64,000 nt of DNA from an uncultured Pseudobdellovibrionaceae bacterium (GCA_963803705.1 CAWDNU010000004.1:736001-800000), one strand, 5' to 3'. Shown: positions 51,136 through 61,580, counted from the first letter of the stretch. Notes: generated from the letters alone by a model not told the origin. Numbers and translations: made by a program.

Positions 51136-51189
51136 TCAAGTGCCCCAATTACGTTCAATCATGTCTTTTAAAGACAAAGTATCCTTAAC

Positions 51190-51217
51190 TGATCGGCTTT
51201 TTGGCGGTTTTCTAGTA
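51190..51217 (-). promoter_or_regulatory. sigma28-like promoter upstream of the giant lipoprotein
   Basis: TACTAG-N14-GCCGATCA. Confidence 0.45.
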
Positions 51218-51330
51218 ACAAAAAATTGGCTTTTTGTGTCATTCTGAAACAATAAATTAAATTTTATTTGATTTTATATTTGACATCACAGACGAACGCG
51301 CGCTTGACGTCAAATTAAATCAAAATGTGC

Positions 51331-51533
51331 TTTCTAAAGTGAGAAAAAAATAACTTCTATTCCTTAATGTAAATCTTCATTTGATTCAATGTACCTTCAA
51401 AAACGAGTTCGGATTGAGGTCTTTGGCATAAGCCAAAAGAGCTCAAACGTATGTCCGAGCTTTTTGAAGGTACATTGAATCAAATGAAGATTTACATTAA
51501 GGAATAGAAGTTATTTTTTTCTCATTTTAGAAA
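51331..51533. repeat. Long palindrome 2: 64-bp perfect arms (73 bp with one mismatch) around a structured core
   Basis: 51340-51403 is the exact reverse complement of 51461-51524; the right arm overlaps the stop codon of 51511-52155. Confidence 0.92.
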
Positions 51534-52155
51534 ACATTTCGTAATTCACTTCAGAAATTTTCTTTTGTTTAGCCCAGTTCGATGCCTCGTCTTTATAAAG
51601 CTTTGTTTTATCCAACCAAACTCCACGTTCGTTAGTTGTGTTCTTAGATTTTGCCTCGACCATTTCAAGAGTTGAAGCTACTTTCCTTTGGTTAACGTCC
51701 CATTCCTTAAGCTTTTGATCTACTTTGTCTAAAAAACTTTTGTAAGCCAAAATATTCTTTTTTCTCTGGTCGATATTTGTAAGTACCTTACGAGTCAAAT
51801 CTTTTAATTTCTCAATATTTTGCTGCTCGGCCCCGATAGCATCCGCTTCTGCTCGAATAAAGCCTTCATATGTCTGCTTCGCTTTTGACAACTCTTGCAA
51901 GTTTTCGTTAGCGACCTTTAAGTCTTTTTCACCTTGAAGCTTAAACTTGCTCATTTCATTCAAGACATTTGATAACTCTTTCACATTCGCCGCAGAAGTT
52001 TCTAGGTTCTCTTTGTTCTTTTCAAAATTGTAAGTTGAGTTATCAACATTTGCTTTCATAACACTCATTCTTTGCTCAATATCAACCTGAGCAAAAGTCT
52101 GTAGTGGTAAGCAACCTACTAAAAAAAATATTGTACTTTTTATTGTCGTGTTCAT
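51511..52155 (-). CDS. Exported coiled-coil protein at the end of the gliding cluster
   Basis: Signal peptide, heptad-rich sequence, co-oriented with the cluster. Confidence 0.7.
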   Translation of the reverse strand: MNTTIKSTIFFLVGCLPLQTFAQVDIEQRMSVMKANVDNSTYNFEKNKENLETSAANVKELSNVLNEMSKFKLQGEKDLKVANENLQELSKAKQTYEGFIRAEADAIGAEQQNIEKLKDLTRKVLTNIDQRKKNILAYKSFLDKVDQKLKEWDVNQRKVASTLEMVEAKSKNTTNERGVWLDKTKLYKDEASNWAKQKKISEVNYEMFSKMRKK

Positions 52156-52177
52156 ATAACTTCCCCTTACTAATTAT

Positions 52178-54316
52178 TTATCTTTTTGGACAAAGGTTTT
52201 CTACGTTAGATACAAATTTACCAACTTCATCAGCCCAAAATTCACCTTTAAATTTCCAACCGTAATCCTTACCTTTTCCGTTTTTCTTCTTAGCCGATAT
52301 AGAGGCTTGTGACCTACCTTGGACTTGACCACCTGCAGACCTAAATCTTATATTTTTACCCGAATTGGCGTAGACCTCGTATCTTAAAAGTTCGTTATTT
52401 TTCATAACTTTTGCCATTTTTGTATCTACAGAACCCAAAGCTCTTCTAAGGGTCTGTTCAGCTTGCGAAATATATGCGTCTCTAATTTGGATAACACGCT
52501 TAGTGGAATCTCCAGTAAGCTTTCTGTAAGTTACAAAGCCTTGATCTATTAAACTTAGCCTGTAGGCCCCAGTGATCAGCTTTTGCTTAGCTGTAGATAG
52601 ATCTTCTTCTTTTACCTTAGCTTTGCTATATTTTTTCTTCTTATCTAGCGTATTAATTTCGCTTTCAAGCTGAGCTACAACTTTTTTAGCTCCGGCCATT
52701 TCATCTTTTATTTTATTCCTGATAACAATAATCTCGCTAACTGCATTATTATAAAATGTAATTTCATCAATGATATTATTCAATTTTTTTTGCACCACTA
52801 TAAACTCTTTGTCCCGAATCATTTCACGAATTATGGGAAAAGGCAGACCATCAACGTCTTCTTGCGAGCTACCAGCAAGGTAGGTCATAGCTGTCTTGTA
52901 AGCCGATTTACTAGAATCCTTAGAGTAGTCGCTAACCATCGAACGCCAGGTTGGATAGACGTCTTCTAAATACCCTAAAGCTTTGTTGGCATCTGGAAAC
53001 TGACACATATTTAAGTAACCGATAGTTCTAATAACGTAAGTTTCTGGTTTGAATACAGATTTAAAGAATGGTGAATGCAAAGTGTACATATTACCAATAG
53101 CTTCAGGATATTTTTGCAGTCTAATCTGTGTCCAACCTTTTTCAGTTAAAGAATCAAACCACATAGGATGTTTTCTACTGACTTTATCGTAAGCTTTGAT
53201 CGCATTTTTATAGTCAGCGATTTCAAAGTTAAAGCGCCCCAAAGTTAGCTGAGTTAAACTGTAAAGATCTGAAGTATATTCCGACTCAGTAAATTTTTTG
53301 GATAGAGCTGACAGGATCTTAATACCGCCAGCAGTATTGTCTCTTAGATACTCTGAAGCCCCTAGTAAGAACTGGGCATCTCTGTAGAATTTGCTCTTTG
53401 ATGATACAATTTCAGCAAGCTTACTAGAGTCCAAAAATTTGCCCTCAATAAATCGCCCTTTAGCTAAAATATAATTATAAAAGTCTTTTTGTTTTTGCAC
53501 TAATTTTCGATAAACTTCAATTGGCGCTAAGGCCTCTGCAATGATTGACTCGTAACCTGTTGGCAGATCATCTAGCAAATGCTCGACTGCTTCCTGAGTG
53601 TAGTAATCAATTCCCGTTCTAATTACTGAGGCAAGTAGTGGCACTGATTCAGAATATAGCTTTCTTTTGTGCTGACATGAGCCTAAGAAAAATCTAACTT
53701 CTGGCTTATTATATCCCTTACTAAGAAGATAGTGTGAAAGCATGATAACTTCAGGACATGCCATTTGATCGTGATACAAAATAGATAAAAATAAGAAATC
53801 GCGCTCTTTAGTGTCTTCATTAGACATAGCTTTAAGCGTTATCTGCTGAGGTGTTGATAGGCTAGGTTTTAAGGCCGCAACCACCTGAGGCTGAATGACC
53901 TCTGTATCTTTAAATAGCCCCATATTTTCTTTAACTTCTGCAACTTTTTTTGATTCTAAAGAGTTTAAGTCAAAACTTAATAGTGGTGACTCTTTTGCCG
54001 GTAACTGTTTAAAGTTATTAAACTTTATACTTTTTGACGGTTTGATCTCTACAACAATTTTTTTAGGAACAATAACTTCAGGCTCTTTACCTATTTCAAT
54101 TTTAGGAACAGTTTCCCTAACATCTTGAACTAAAGCACCCTGTTTTAACTTTTTGTTAATAAAGTCAAAGATCGGTATGGATATTATCTTTAAAGGTGGA
54201 TTTTTGTATACGTAAACATCAGTGTTTTCAGACAGCTTCAAAGTCTGACCACTAGAAAGTGCATAGCTATAAGCTGAACAAAAAAGTATGTTGAGTAAAA
54301 TAAATGTTCTTTTCAT
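52178..54316 (-). CDS. GltC-like TPR protein
   Basis: Signal peptide, TPRs, AIGNMYTLHSPFF, YLNMCQ, C-terminal WKFKGEFWADEVG...C. Confidence 0.75.
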   Translation of the reverse strand: MKRTFILLNILFCSAYSYALSSGQTLKLSENTDVYVYKNPPLKIISIPIFDFINKKLKQGALVQDVRETVPKIEIGKEPEVIVPKKIVVEIKPSKSIKFNNFKQLPAKESPLLSFDLNSLESKKVAEVKENMGLFKDTEVIQPQVVAALKPSLSTPQQITLKAMSNEDTKERDFLFLSILYHDQMACPEVIMLSHYLLSKGYNKPEVRFFLGSCQHKRKLYSESVPLLASVIRTGIDYYTQEAVEHLLDDLPTGYESIIAEALAPIEVYRKLVQKQKDFYNYILAKGRFIEGKFLDSSKLAEIVSSKSKFYRDAQFLLGASEYLRDNTAGGIKILSALSKKFTESEYTSDLYSLTQLTLGRFNFEIADYKNAIKAYDKVSRKHPMWFDSLTEKGWTQIRLQKYPEAIGNMYTLHSPFFKSVFKPETYVIRTIGYLNMCQFPDANKALGYLEDVYPTWRSMVSDYSKDSSKSAYKTAMTYLAGSSQEDVDGLPFPIIREMIRDKEFIVVQKKLNNIIDEITFYNNAVSEIIVIRNKIKDEMAGAKKVVAQLESEINTLDKKKKYSKAKVKEEDLSTAKQKLITGAYRLSLIDQGFVTYRKLTGDSTKRVIQIRDAYISQAEQTLRRALGSVDTKMAKVMKNNELLRYEVYANSGKNIRFRSAGGQVQGRSQASISAKKKNGKGKDYGWKFKGEFWADEVGKFVSNVENLCPKR

Positions 54317-54379
54317 AAAAAATGCACTCCTGATTAAATCAGGGGGTTGGTACTATAACCAACTCCCAAACTATTTTTG

Positions 54380-55174
54380 TTAAAAGTAGTAAGTGACACC
54401 TAAGTTCAGTGACGAAATATCTGTTAGTTCATCTCTCAATTTTTCACCTATTTGTTCACCAGTTCCTTTTGTATTAAAAGCTACAATCTCTTCATTGAAA
54501 AATCTCATTTTATAATCCACTCTAAAAGCTAGCTTAGGCGTGATAAAATAAGTTTGAGAAACGTCAAACTGAACAGCTGGAGCTGTCTGAGAGACCTCCG
54601 TTCTAGTTGAGTCCACAGTGCTTACTTGTCTTTGCTGATCATAAGAAACCAGACCTAAGCCCAAGCCAAATGACATATCAAAATAGACAACTTTCGTCCC
54701 CATAAAGCTCATCTTAGAGTAAAAAGGGACCCATCTAGCAACTGCCCCATAAAATGAAGTTACGCGTCCAAAGTCTGGAGCACCACTTAGTTCGAAAATA
54801 TTCTTGGTCGCATCGTTGTCATCCAAAGAATAAACTGCACCTTGAAGCTCAACGCCCCATCTTTCAGTAAAGTAGTATGAAACAGCGACATCAAGGTTGA
54901 AACCTGATGACCAAGCATCCATGAGCACTGGTCCTCCAAGCAAAGACACTCCAATTTTTTTCTCTTTTGCGTAAGTACGACTCTGCACCACAGAATAACT
55001 TTGATCACTTGGCTGCCAATATTTGTCTTCAATATTTTTCATATCTACTTTTTTTGGCGCTGCGGCTGCTGGTGCTTCTGTGGCTAGTGCTTCTGATTCT
55101 TTTTTATCCTGAGCATTAGCTTGAAACGCCAAGAACATAGTTAAAATCGTGCTGATTATCATAGTTGCTTTCAT
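54380..55174 (-). CDS. GltA/GltB-like outer-membrane beta-barrel
   Basis: Signal peptide, VVQSR, WVPFYSK, VYFD, terminal GVTYYF. Confidence 0.78.
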   Translation of the reverse strand: MKATMIISTILTMFLAFQANAQDKKESEALATEAPAAAAPKKVDMKNIEDKYWQPSDQSYSVVQSRTYAKEKKIGVSLLGGPVLMDAWSSGFNLDVAVSYYFTERWGVELQGAVYSLDDNDATKNIFELSGAPDFGRVTSFYGAVARWVPFYSKMSFMGTKVVYFDMSFGLGLGLVSYDQQRQVSTVDSTRTEVSQTAPAVQFDVSQTYFITPKLAFRVDYKMRFFNEEIVAFNTKGTGEQIGEKLRDELTDISSLNLGVTYYF

Positions 55175-55244
55175 TAAACGTACCCCTTTTATTATTTGTT
55201 TTTAGTTAGTTGTAAAAAAATTATTACTTAAATACTATACCCCG

Positions 55245-56738
55245 TTAATTGTTAGCCTTAAAGAAGAATGGGAAAGCAACGATCACATCCCCACCACCGT
55301 CGGGTCTAGGAAACTTCCATCTTTTCACAATTCTTAGCATACAGCCTTCAACCATATTATTTTTCATCGTGGTTTGTTCGATCTTTTGATTTTTTACAGT
55401 CCCCTCAGCGGTAATAATCCACGCTAATTTAACTTTGCCGTATAAACCGGGTTTTGCAGCTAGTTCTCGCTCATAACAATACCGTATCCGGCCCATATTT
55501 TTTTGAACAACATCACGAATGATAGCGGGGTCAATACCACCACTGATTTCTGTTTCTTCCTCAATGGCGTCAACAACACCACCGCCTCCAACACTACCCG
55601 CAGACAGGCCACCTAATTTTCCAGCTGCAGCACTTCCGCCCTCTACTCCGTTGGTCGAAACCGAAGTCACATTAAACGAACCAGCGTTTTTTGATAGGGT
55701 TGCACCTTTTACAGCAACGCCCTTAGAAGCAAATGATCTATTTCTAGATTTGCTAACGCTTTTATTGGCGTTTTCAAGCAGTGAATCTGATGATAAATTT
55801 ATCGCTGCAATCTTGGATATCTTGTCCGTTAAACCTGATTTTTTCAAAATGGTTACAATTTTTTTCGCTTTTTCAGTTTTGGGTATTGCAACAGGTCTTT
55901 TCTTTTCAGGTTCAACCTTAACAATTTTTTTCTTCTCTTTCTTTTCTATATCTTTTTTGATCTCTTTAGCTTCTTTTTGCTGCTGCTTAATAACTTCAGG
56001 ATCAAAAATCATTTTGGTATATTTATTACTTTCTAAAGCGTTAGGATCTTTAGGCATCAATTTAGGCATTAACCACGCCGTTAAAAAAAAGAAAAGTGCA
56101 ATACCAAGAGCAACGCCAAAAGACTTTACTATCTCTTCTGGAAAGTAGCCCCAAATTGTTTTTGGTTTTGGATTTATAAATACAGGTGCTTGAACATTAC
56201 GTCTTCTAACTGTAATTCTACCTAATTTATCTTCTAGCCAGTCTTCAGATTCTGCAGGTTGAAATGTTTTATCCTCACCGGCATATCTAAGCTTGATAGG
56301 TTCACCAACTTGAATCATTTCAGAACTTAAAATTTCAGTTCCTAAAAGAACAATGACTTGCTGGGCTGCAACTAAGTTGTCCCCTTCTAGCTCAATTTTC
56401 TTATTTTCTAAAAATAAATTAATTGCATTAATTTGAACAGGTTCGATCATTAACGTTTCGTCGCCGAAGTTAATTATAGTTTTTTGATCAATAAGGCTTT
56501 CATCGATCGAATCCTTACCTTGCCAGGTGCCATGTTGACTCGCTAGATCGACAATATGCCAGCGACCATGCCGTTGTTCTATAGATGCGTGTATGTCATC
56601 TACTTTTTTATCTATAATTCTAATCTTGGCATTTGGTGAAGATCCCACAGTAATCACTTCAGAACTCGAAACCACTCTAAAGTGGTTTAGGGTCTGCTTT
56701 CCATTTCTGTGAATAATTTTAAGCTCAACCTTTCTCAT
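55245..56738 (-). CDS. GltG-like protein (FHA, TM, Gly-rich linker, TonB-C/AgmX-PglI domain)
   Basis: HASI...DLASQHGT FHA; IRYCYEREL...GKV...WKFPRP..FPF C-terminal domain. Confidence 0.82.
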   Translation of the reverse strand: MRKVELKIIHRNGKQTLNHFRVVSSSEVITVGSSPNAKIRIIDKKVDDIHASIEQRHGRWHIVDLASQHGTWQGKDSIDESLIDQKTIINFGDETLMIEPVQINAINLFLENKKIELEGDNLVAAQQVIVLLGTEILSSEMIQVGEPIKLRYAGEDKTFQPAESEDWLEDKLGRITVRRRNVQAPVFINPKPKTIWGYFPEEIVKSFGVALGIALFFFLTAWLMPKLMPKDPNALESNKYTKMIFDPEVIKQQQKEAKEIKKDIEKKEKKKIVKVEPEKKRPVAIPKTEKAKKIVTILKKSGLTDKISKIAAINLSSDSLLENANKSVSKSRNRSFASKGVAVKGATLSKNAGSFNVTSVSTNGVEGGSAAAGKLGGLSAGSVGGGGVVDAIEEETEISGGIDPAIIRDVVQKNMGRIRYCYERELAAKPGLYGKVKLAWIITAEGTVKNQKIEQTTMKNNMVEGCMLRIVKRWKFPRPDGGGDVIVAFPFFFKANN

Positions 56739-56742
56739 CTGA

Positions 56743-56976
56743 TTACCTCAAGAAGTAAATTGATTTTTTAATTTCGTTTTGCATTTCTGTCTTAACTTCG
56801 TAAATTGGCAGAAAGTCTACGCCGCTTTTTTGCATAATGTACTGACCGTCAGGAGTTCTTACTTCTCCATCGACATCTAAGGCATCAAAATCGATTCGCT
56901 TTGGTTTACCTTTTTGCGCAGAGGCCACAACACTTAAGGATGAAATTAACAAAATTATTATAAAGTTTTTCATCAC
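56743..56976 (-). CDS. GltF/CglF-like small exported protein
   Basis: Signal peptide; IDFDALDVDGEVRTPDG motif; position between GltE-like and GltG-like genes. Confidence 0.7.
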   Translation of the reverse strand: MMKNFIIILLISSLSVVASAQKGKPKRIDFDALDVDGEVRTPDGQYIMQKSGVDFLPIYEVKTEMQNEIKKSIYFLR

Positions 56977-58070
56977 TGTCCTCCTTCTTCAGAATCAGTA
57001 TTTGAATTTTTTTCTACTTGCTTCTCATTTGATTGGTTTGTAGAAGCGGGAACTCTTTTATTTTGTTGTTTTTTTGCTTGCTGTGTTTTTACAGGATTTG
57101 TTTGCTCTTCAATTTTAGTATTCAATGTAGCGATTTTATTTAAAATTTCTGTTCTTTCTTTAGAGACAACCTCTTTCGGAAAAACACCGCTAATTTTTTC
57201 ATACCAAGTCAAAGCTCGTTTATAATCTTTTATTTTTGTTTCATAGATGTCAGCCAAAACATAAGCTAGATCTATTCTGTTTTTCTTCAGCTTGATGGCT
57301 CGAATGTAGAAAGGAACTGCTTCCTTAAACTTATCTAACTGAGCAAAACTATCTGCCATTCCTAGAACCGCTCCGAAAACTTCATCGTTAGCATCGATTA
57401 CCTTTCGATAATAAGTCTGGGCATTTTCAAATTCGTAGTCACTAAAATACACTTGGGCCATAAGTAAAGCAGCTTCTGCTAGTTTTGGTTCTAGCTCTAA
57501 TGCTTTTTTTGCAGATTGAAAAGCAGCATCTTTTTGGTCTTGTAACCATAGTAGTCTTGCTTTTTGAAATTCGATAATTCCGTTTTCAGGTGATTTTCTA
57601 TCAGCAAGACCTATCATCCATAGAGCTCTAGGCATATTGCCCTCTTTTTCTGAAACTAAAGATAAGAAGTAAGCTCCCCAAGGGGCGTCAATATGGCGCA
57701 CTGAGAAGGTCTCGCCGATAAGTCTTACTGTGTCCCATTTTTTTTCATTAACACACACGAATCCGACCCGAAGCATATTGCCCCAATCTTCAAAATCTTT
57801 TTTAGCATCGAAGCGACACTTTTCTTTAACCTTATCTTTACTCAGAACACTTAATAAAGAATTGTTCTGCGTGTAGTATCTTGACCTTGCAAGTCTTTCT
57901 TTCAAATCACCAGCAAGCTCTTTTTTCCCGATGTCTGAAACTCTGTCAGTTCTATTTTTTTTAAGTAATCGTGATTGCTTTGGTCCAGAAGTTCCGCAAC
58001 CTACGATAAAGCATACTGCAAATGAGCCTAGTAGTAATTTTTTTAAACTAGTATTATGAGTTTTCATCAC
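56973..58070 (-). CDS. GltE/AglT-like TPR lipoprotein
   Basis: Lipobox IVGC, tandem TPRs, position in the cluster. Confidence 0.72.
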   Translation of the reverse strand: MMKTHNTSLKKLLLGSFAVCFIVGCGTSGPKQSRLLKKNRTDRVSDIGKKELAGDLKERLARSRYYTQNNSLLSVLSKDKVKEKCRFDAKKDFEDWGNMLRVGFVCVNEKKWDTVRLIGETFSVRHIDAPWGAYFLSLVSEKEGNMPRALWMIGLADRKSPENGIIEFQKARLLWLQDQKDAAFQSAKKALELEPKLAEAALLMAQVYFSDYEFENAQTYYRKVIDANDEVFGAVLGMADSFAQLDKFKEAVPFYIRAIKLKKNRIDLAYVLADIYETKIKDYKRALTWYEKISGVFPKEVVSKERTEILNKIATLNTKIEEQTNPVKTQQAKKQQNKRVPASTNQSNEKQVEKNSNTDSEEGGQ

Positions 58071-61069
58071 TTAGCCCCCTTATCACTTTTATCGTTGGCA
58101 AAAACTGGTCCTGGCAAATCTGTTTCTATGGACGAAATTTTTCTTTCTTTCATATTCAAATTATCTAGTATTCTTTGCACTTTACCAACTGATCCATCTC
58201 TTAAATCAGACTTTCGTGCAAATTTAAGGGCTGTATCAATAGTTTGAACTGCTTTTTCTTCAAAAGGAAAAACCACATTATATAATTCGTCTTTTAAAGC
58301 AGTGCGCTCATCTTCTCCAAAGCTAGCTGGACCTTCGATAGAGTTTAAACTAGTTACAAATCCTTGATACAAGCCTGCAAGACCAACCAAACTATTCACT
58401 GTAGTAAAAGCATCTCCACCTTTAGTAGCTGCTTGATATGAAGCTTGAACACCCGCAAGCATTCTACTTTTTGCATCAATACCTTGGGTCAATCTACTCA
58501 TACTAGAGTCATCAATTTTGTAATTTAAATATGAGATCTCTTTTAAAGTTCCCTCTAAATAGTTAAGTTTAGCTCTATCTTCGTCCAAAAGATTTCTTTT
58601 TAAACCTTGGTTTGTCCAGACAGCTAAGGCTGAATTTTTACCAGCTTTCTTTAAGCTTTCTGCATAGGTAGAAATTGCAGGTGATGATATTGCAGAGACA
58701 TTACTTAAAGACATATCTTTTAGAACTTCTAAGTACCTTTCTTCTTTACTTAATTGATCAGATAAAAATATAACTCGATCAATAGCTTGGCTTGCGGTGT
58801 CAGTTATGCTCTTTTGACTTGCGAACCTTGGGTTTTGAAATATACCTTTAAATTCAGCAATGGCTTGGTAGTATTTTCCAGATGCCGCGTAGAAGTCACC
58901 ACTAAGTAACAACCAGCTTGCTACGTTTTTAGAATCAGCAACACTTAAAATTTTAGTAACTTCTAAGGCACTTGAAGGCATACCCATTTGTTCATACAAA
59001 TCGGCCGCTAAAATCAAACCCTCAACCGCTCTTTCATGTTTTGGAAACTTTTTATAGAAATCTAGGTAAGCTGACGCTGCTCCTGGAAAATCCTCTTTCT
59101 TAAAGAAAAGATCAACAATATTCCACTGGGCTTCATCAGCCAACTTTGAATCAGAATGGTTAACAGCAAAGGCTCTGTATAAAGCAATAGCTTCATCATA
59201 CTTTTTATCAGACACTAGCACTTGAACATGCGAGAAATAAGCTTGCTCAAAAATCACTTGCAAACTTGCCTTACGTTTTGGTTCTTTTTCTAAGGATCTC
59301 CACTCTAACGCACCTTTTTGCAAAGCTATGTAGTCTTTCTTTTTATTTAAAATATCTAGATATAAATCTTGGGATTTTTTACCTTTTGATTCATCTGGAA
59401 ATCTTTGCCCCAACAGATAAAACCTTGGCAGAGCTAATTCAAGCTTTTCTTTAGTATAATCTAGCAGTGCTACTTTAAAGGAAACATCTAAATAATGTTC
59501 GCCCTTTGGATGTTTAGCTAAATAGTTTTCAGCTAAAAGCTTCAAACGTGTTTCGTTTTCGTCAGTCCAATCGTTTTTAACTGCTTTATCATGGGAAACT
59601 AAGGCTGCATATCTAGAATCGTGAGCCTTAACTTTATCTTCAACTGACATACCCACTTTTTCATACTCTACACTTGCTTCATCAAATTTCTTCAAATGAA
59701 ACAAAACGTCAGCAAAAACATATCTAGCTTCAGCATTGGATGCGATAGCTTCTTGTTTTCTTAAATGCACCCTAAAAGCTTGCTCTGATGCGATTGCATA
59801 CTTTTCACTATTTTCTTTTTTCCATCTTTTAACCCAGCTTTTGGCCACATTGATCGAGTATGAATCCACTGAGTCCGCACACTCTTCAACTTCTGGGTCT
59901 TCAATTTTTTCACCCTTAGCTAAAACAGCATCACAACTTCTATCAAATTTAACTAAGTTAATAATAGCTTCTTTCAAACGATTCTGGCCGTCATAGGTCT
60001 CTGCTAAACGTCTATGAAAAAATGGACGTCTTGCATTGTCTGGAAAACGTTTCACTAAACCAAGAAGAATCATCTCTTCGTCTTTAATTTTTCCATGCTT
60101 ATTGTAAATTTTAGATAAACGCTCTAAGTAAGGAGTAGGATTAATGTTCTGCGCCTGAGCCACAAAATAGTCTATAGCTTTAGAAGACGGATTGGCTTCA
60201 CTGTAAAATAGAGCCATGTCGCTAAGTGCTTCTTTTCGTATATCTAATTTTAGATCACTACCTTCTTTCTCAACTCTATGTCCTATGGCCACCACTTCTT
60301 CCATAGTTACTAGTGCTTTCTCTGGACTTTTCATATTAAAGTGACACCAAGCAGATTTGTAAATTCCGTAAGGATAAACTTTTGAATCTGGATATTTTCT
60401 AATAAGTTCAAAAAATGCTAAACCTTTTGGAAAATTATTTGCCTGAAAAGCAATTTCACCCAAAGCTAGCAGCGCATCAGGTATCATTGGTGAATTTCTT
60501 AGCCTTTTATTTTTTAACATGCGGGTAAAAACAAGTTCTGCACCAGCTTTCATCTCTGCTTGCAAATGCGCATAACCATTGTTGTATATTACCGCATCCA
60601 TCTGACTGAATGTAGGATGTGTATTTTCAATAGCTTCGTAAACTTTAACAGCTTCCAAAATAAATAATTTTTCCTTTCCAACAACGTTCTTAGGAATAAA
60701 ACTTGCTGACACATTATCTGCGCCGTCTTCTACTTCTTCTTGAAACATCTCGAATACTCTAGAAGATCTAGCTTTATTCATGTAAAGTTCAGCGAGTCTA
60801 AAAAGCAGAGAGGCCTCTGTGTCGGTTCCCTTATATTTTCTTAATAAAACTTTTAGCTGCTCTATTGCTTTTTGTTCATTGCCAGAAGCCAGCACTTCAG
60901 TTGCTAGCTCATCGTTAGGATTGGGTTGTCTTCGCTGAGAGCTTGCCGACTCAGCCGGTGTTTTTTTAACTGCTTCTCCGGCATTTTTTTTCGCATTCTG
61001 AGCTATAGAATTGAAACTTAATGAAAAAGTTAGAAAGAATAAAAGAATTTTCATTTTACTCACCGCCAC
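58067..61069 (-). CDS. GltD/AgmU-like large TPR protein
   Basis: Signal peptide, LFRLAELY, YKSAWCHFN, many TPRs, 1000 aa. Confidence 0.78.
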   Translation of the reverse strand: MAVSKMKILLFFLTFSLSFNSIAQNAKKNAGEAVKKTPAESASSQRRQPNPNDELATEVLASGNEQKAIEQLKVLLRKYKGTDTEASLLFRLAELYMNKARSSRVFEMFQEEVEDGADNVSASFIPKNVVGKEKLFILEAVKVYEAIENTHPTFSQMDAVIYNNGYAHLQAEMKAGAELVFTRMLKNKRLRNSPMIPDALLALGEIAFQANNFPKGLAFFELIRKYPDSKVYPYGIYKSAWCHFNMKSPEKALVTMEEVVAIGHRVEKEGSDLKLDIRKEALSDMALFYSEANPSSKAIDYFVAQAQNINPTPYLERLSKIYNKHGKIKDEEMILLGLVKRFPDNARRPFFHRRLAETYDGQNRLKEAIINLVKFDRSCDAVLAKGEKIEDPEVEECADSVDSYSINVAKSWVKRWKKENSEKYAIASEQAFRVHLRKQEAIASNAEARYVFADVLFHLKKFDEASVEYEKVGMSVEDKVKAHDSRYAALVSHDKAVKNDWTDENETRLKLLAENYLAKHPKGEHYLDVSFKVALLDYTKEKLELALPRFYLLGQRFPDESKGKKSQDLYLDILNKKKDYIALQKGALEWRSLEKEPKRKASLQVIFEQAYFSHVQVLVSDKKYDEAIALYRAFAVNHSDSKLADEAQWNIVDLFFKKEDFPGAASAYLDFYKKFPKHERAVEGLILAADLYEQMGMPSSALEVTKILSVADSKNVASWLLLSGDFYAASGKYYQAIAEFKGIFQNPRFASQKSITDTASQAIDRVIFLSDQLSKEERYLEVLKDMSLSNVSAISSPAISTYAESLKKAGKNSALAVWTNQGLKRNLLDEDRAKLNYLEGTLKEISYLNYKIDDSSMSRLTQGIDAKSRMLAGVQASYQAATKGGDAFTTVNSLVGLAGLYQGFVTSLNSIEGPASFGEDERTALKDELYNVVFPFEEKAVQTIDTALKFARKSDLRDGSVGKVQRILDNLNMKERKISSIETDLPGPVFANDKSDKGAK

Positions 61070-61580
61070 TTATAGTTGCGAGCCTTAAATCTCCGTAACC
61101 AGCTACAGAAGAAGTGTATAAAACACGCTTTATTGTTGCATAATCCATTTCTTTATCTACTTGGACAAAAACTGTTCCTGTAAATTTAACCAATGCATTA
61201 GTCTTTTTTTCGACTAGTTTACTTTTTTCAGCTTCAGCTAATAAAACCTTTTCTAAAGCAGGAATTAAGTATGTATCGTTAGGTGCTAAATCTTTTTTAA
61301 AAATCTTTCCGTTATCCATTTGTACTAATTGTCGTTCATTCACGGTGATAAAACCTGGCGCAATCTGAATCAACAGCGCCTCTTTGGGCTCTTCACCTTG
61401 ATACGAGGTAGGCAGTCTTAATGAGTCTGGAGGTGGCTTAATCGCAGTTACTGACATAGATTTTAGCAAAAACACAACCAGAATTGTGAACATGTCCACC
61501 ATAGCCGTTAGCTGTAAAGTCACCGGTTTACTTGTTTGCGCGTTTTTAAGCATTCTTTTGACGATAGACATATTATTCAT
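61056..61580 (-). CDS. ExbD/TolR-family motor subunit (AglS/AglQ-like)
   Basis: LTAMVDMFTILVVFLL with conserved TM Asp; QVDKEMDY. Confidence 0.88.
   Translation of the reverse strand: MNNMSIVKRMLKNAQTSKPVTLQLTAMVDMFTILVVFLLKSMSVTAIKPPPDSLRLPTSYQGEEPKEALLIQIAPGFITVNERQLVQMDNGKIFKKDLAPNDTYLIPALEKVLLAEAEKSKLVEKKTNALVKFTGTVFVQVDKEMDYATIKRVLYTSSVAGYGDLRLATISGGE

Noticed and set aside
54329..54368. Hairpins between the beta-barrel and GltC-like genes as a terminator
   Set aside because: No clear U-tract on the coding strand and a stem mismatch; at most an intercistronic stability element
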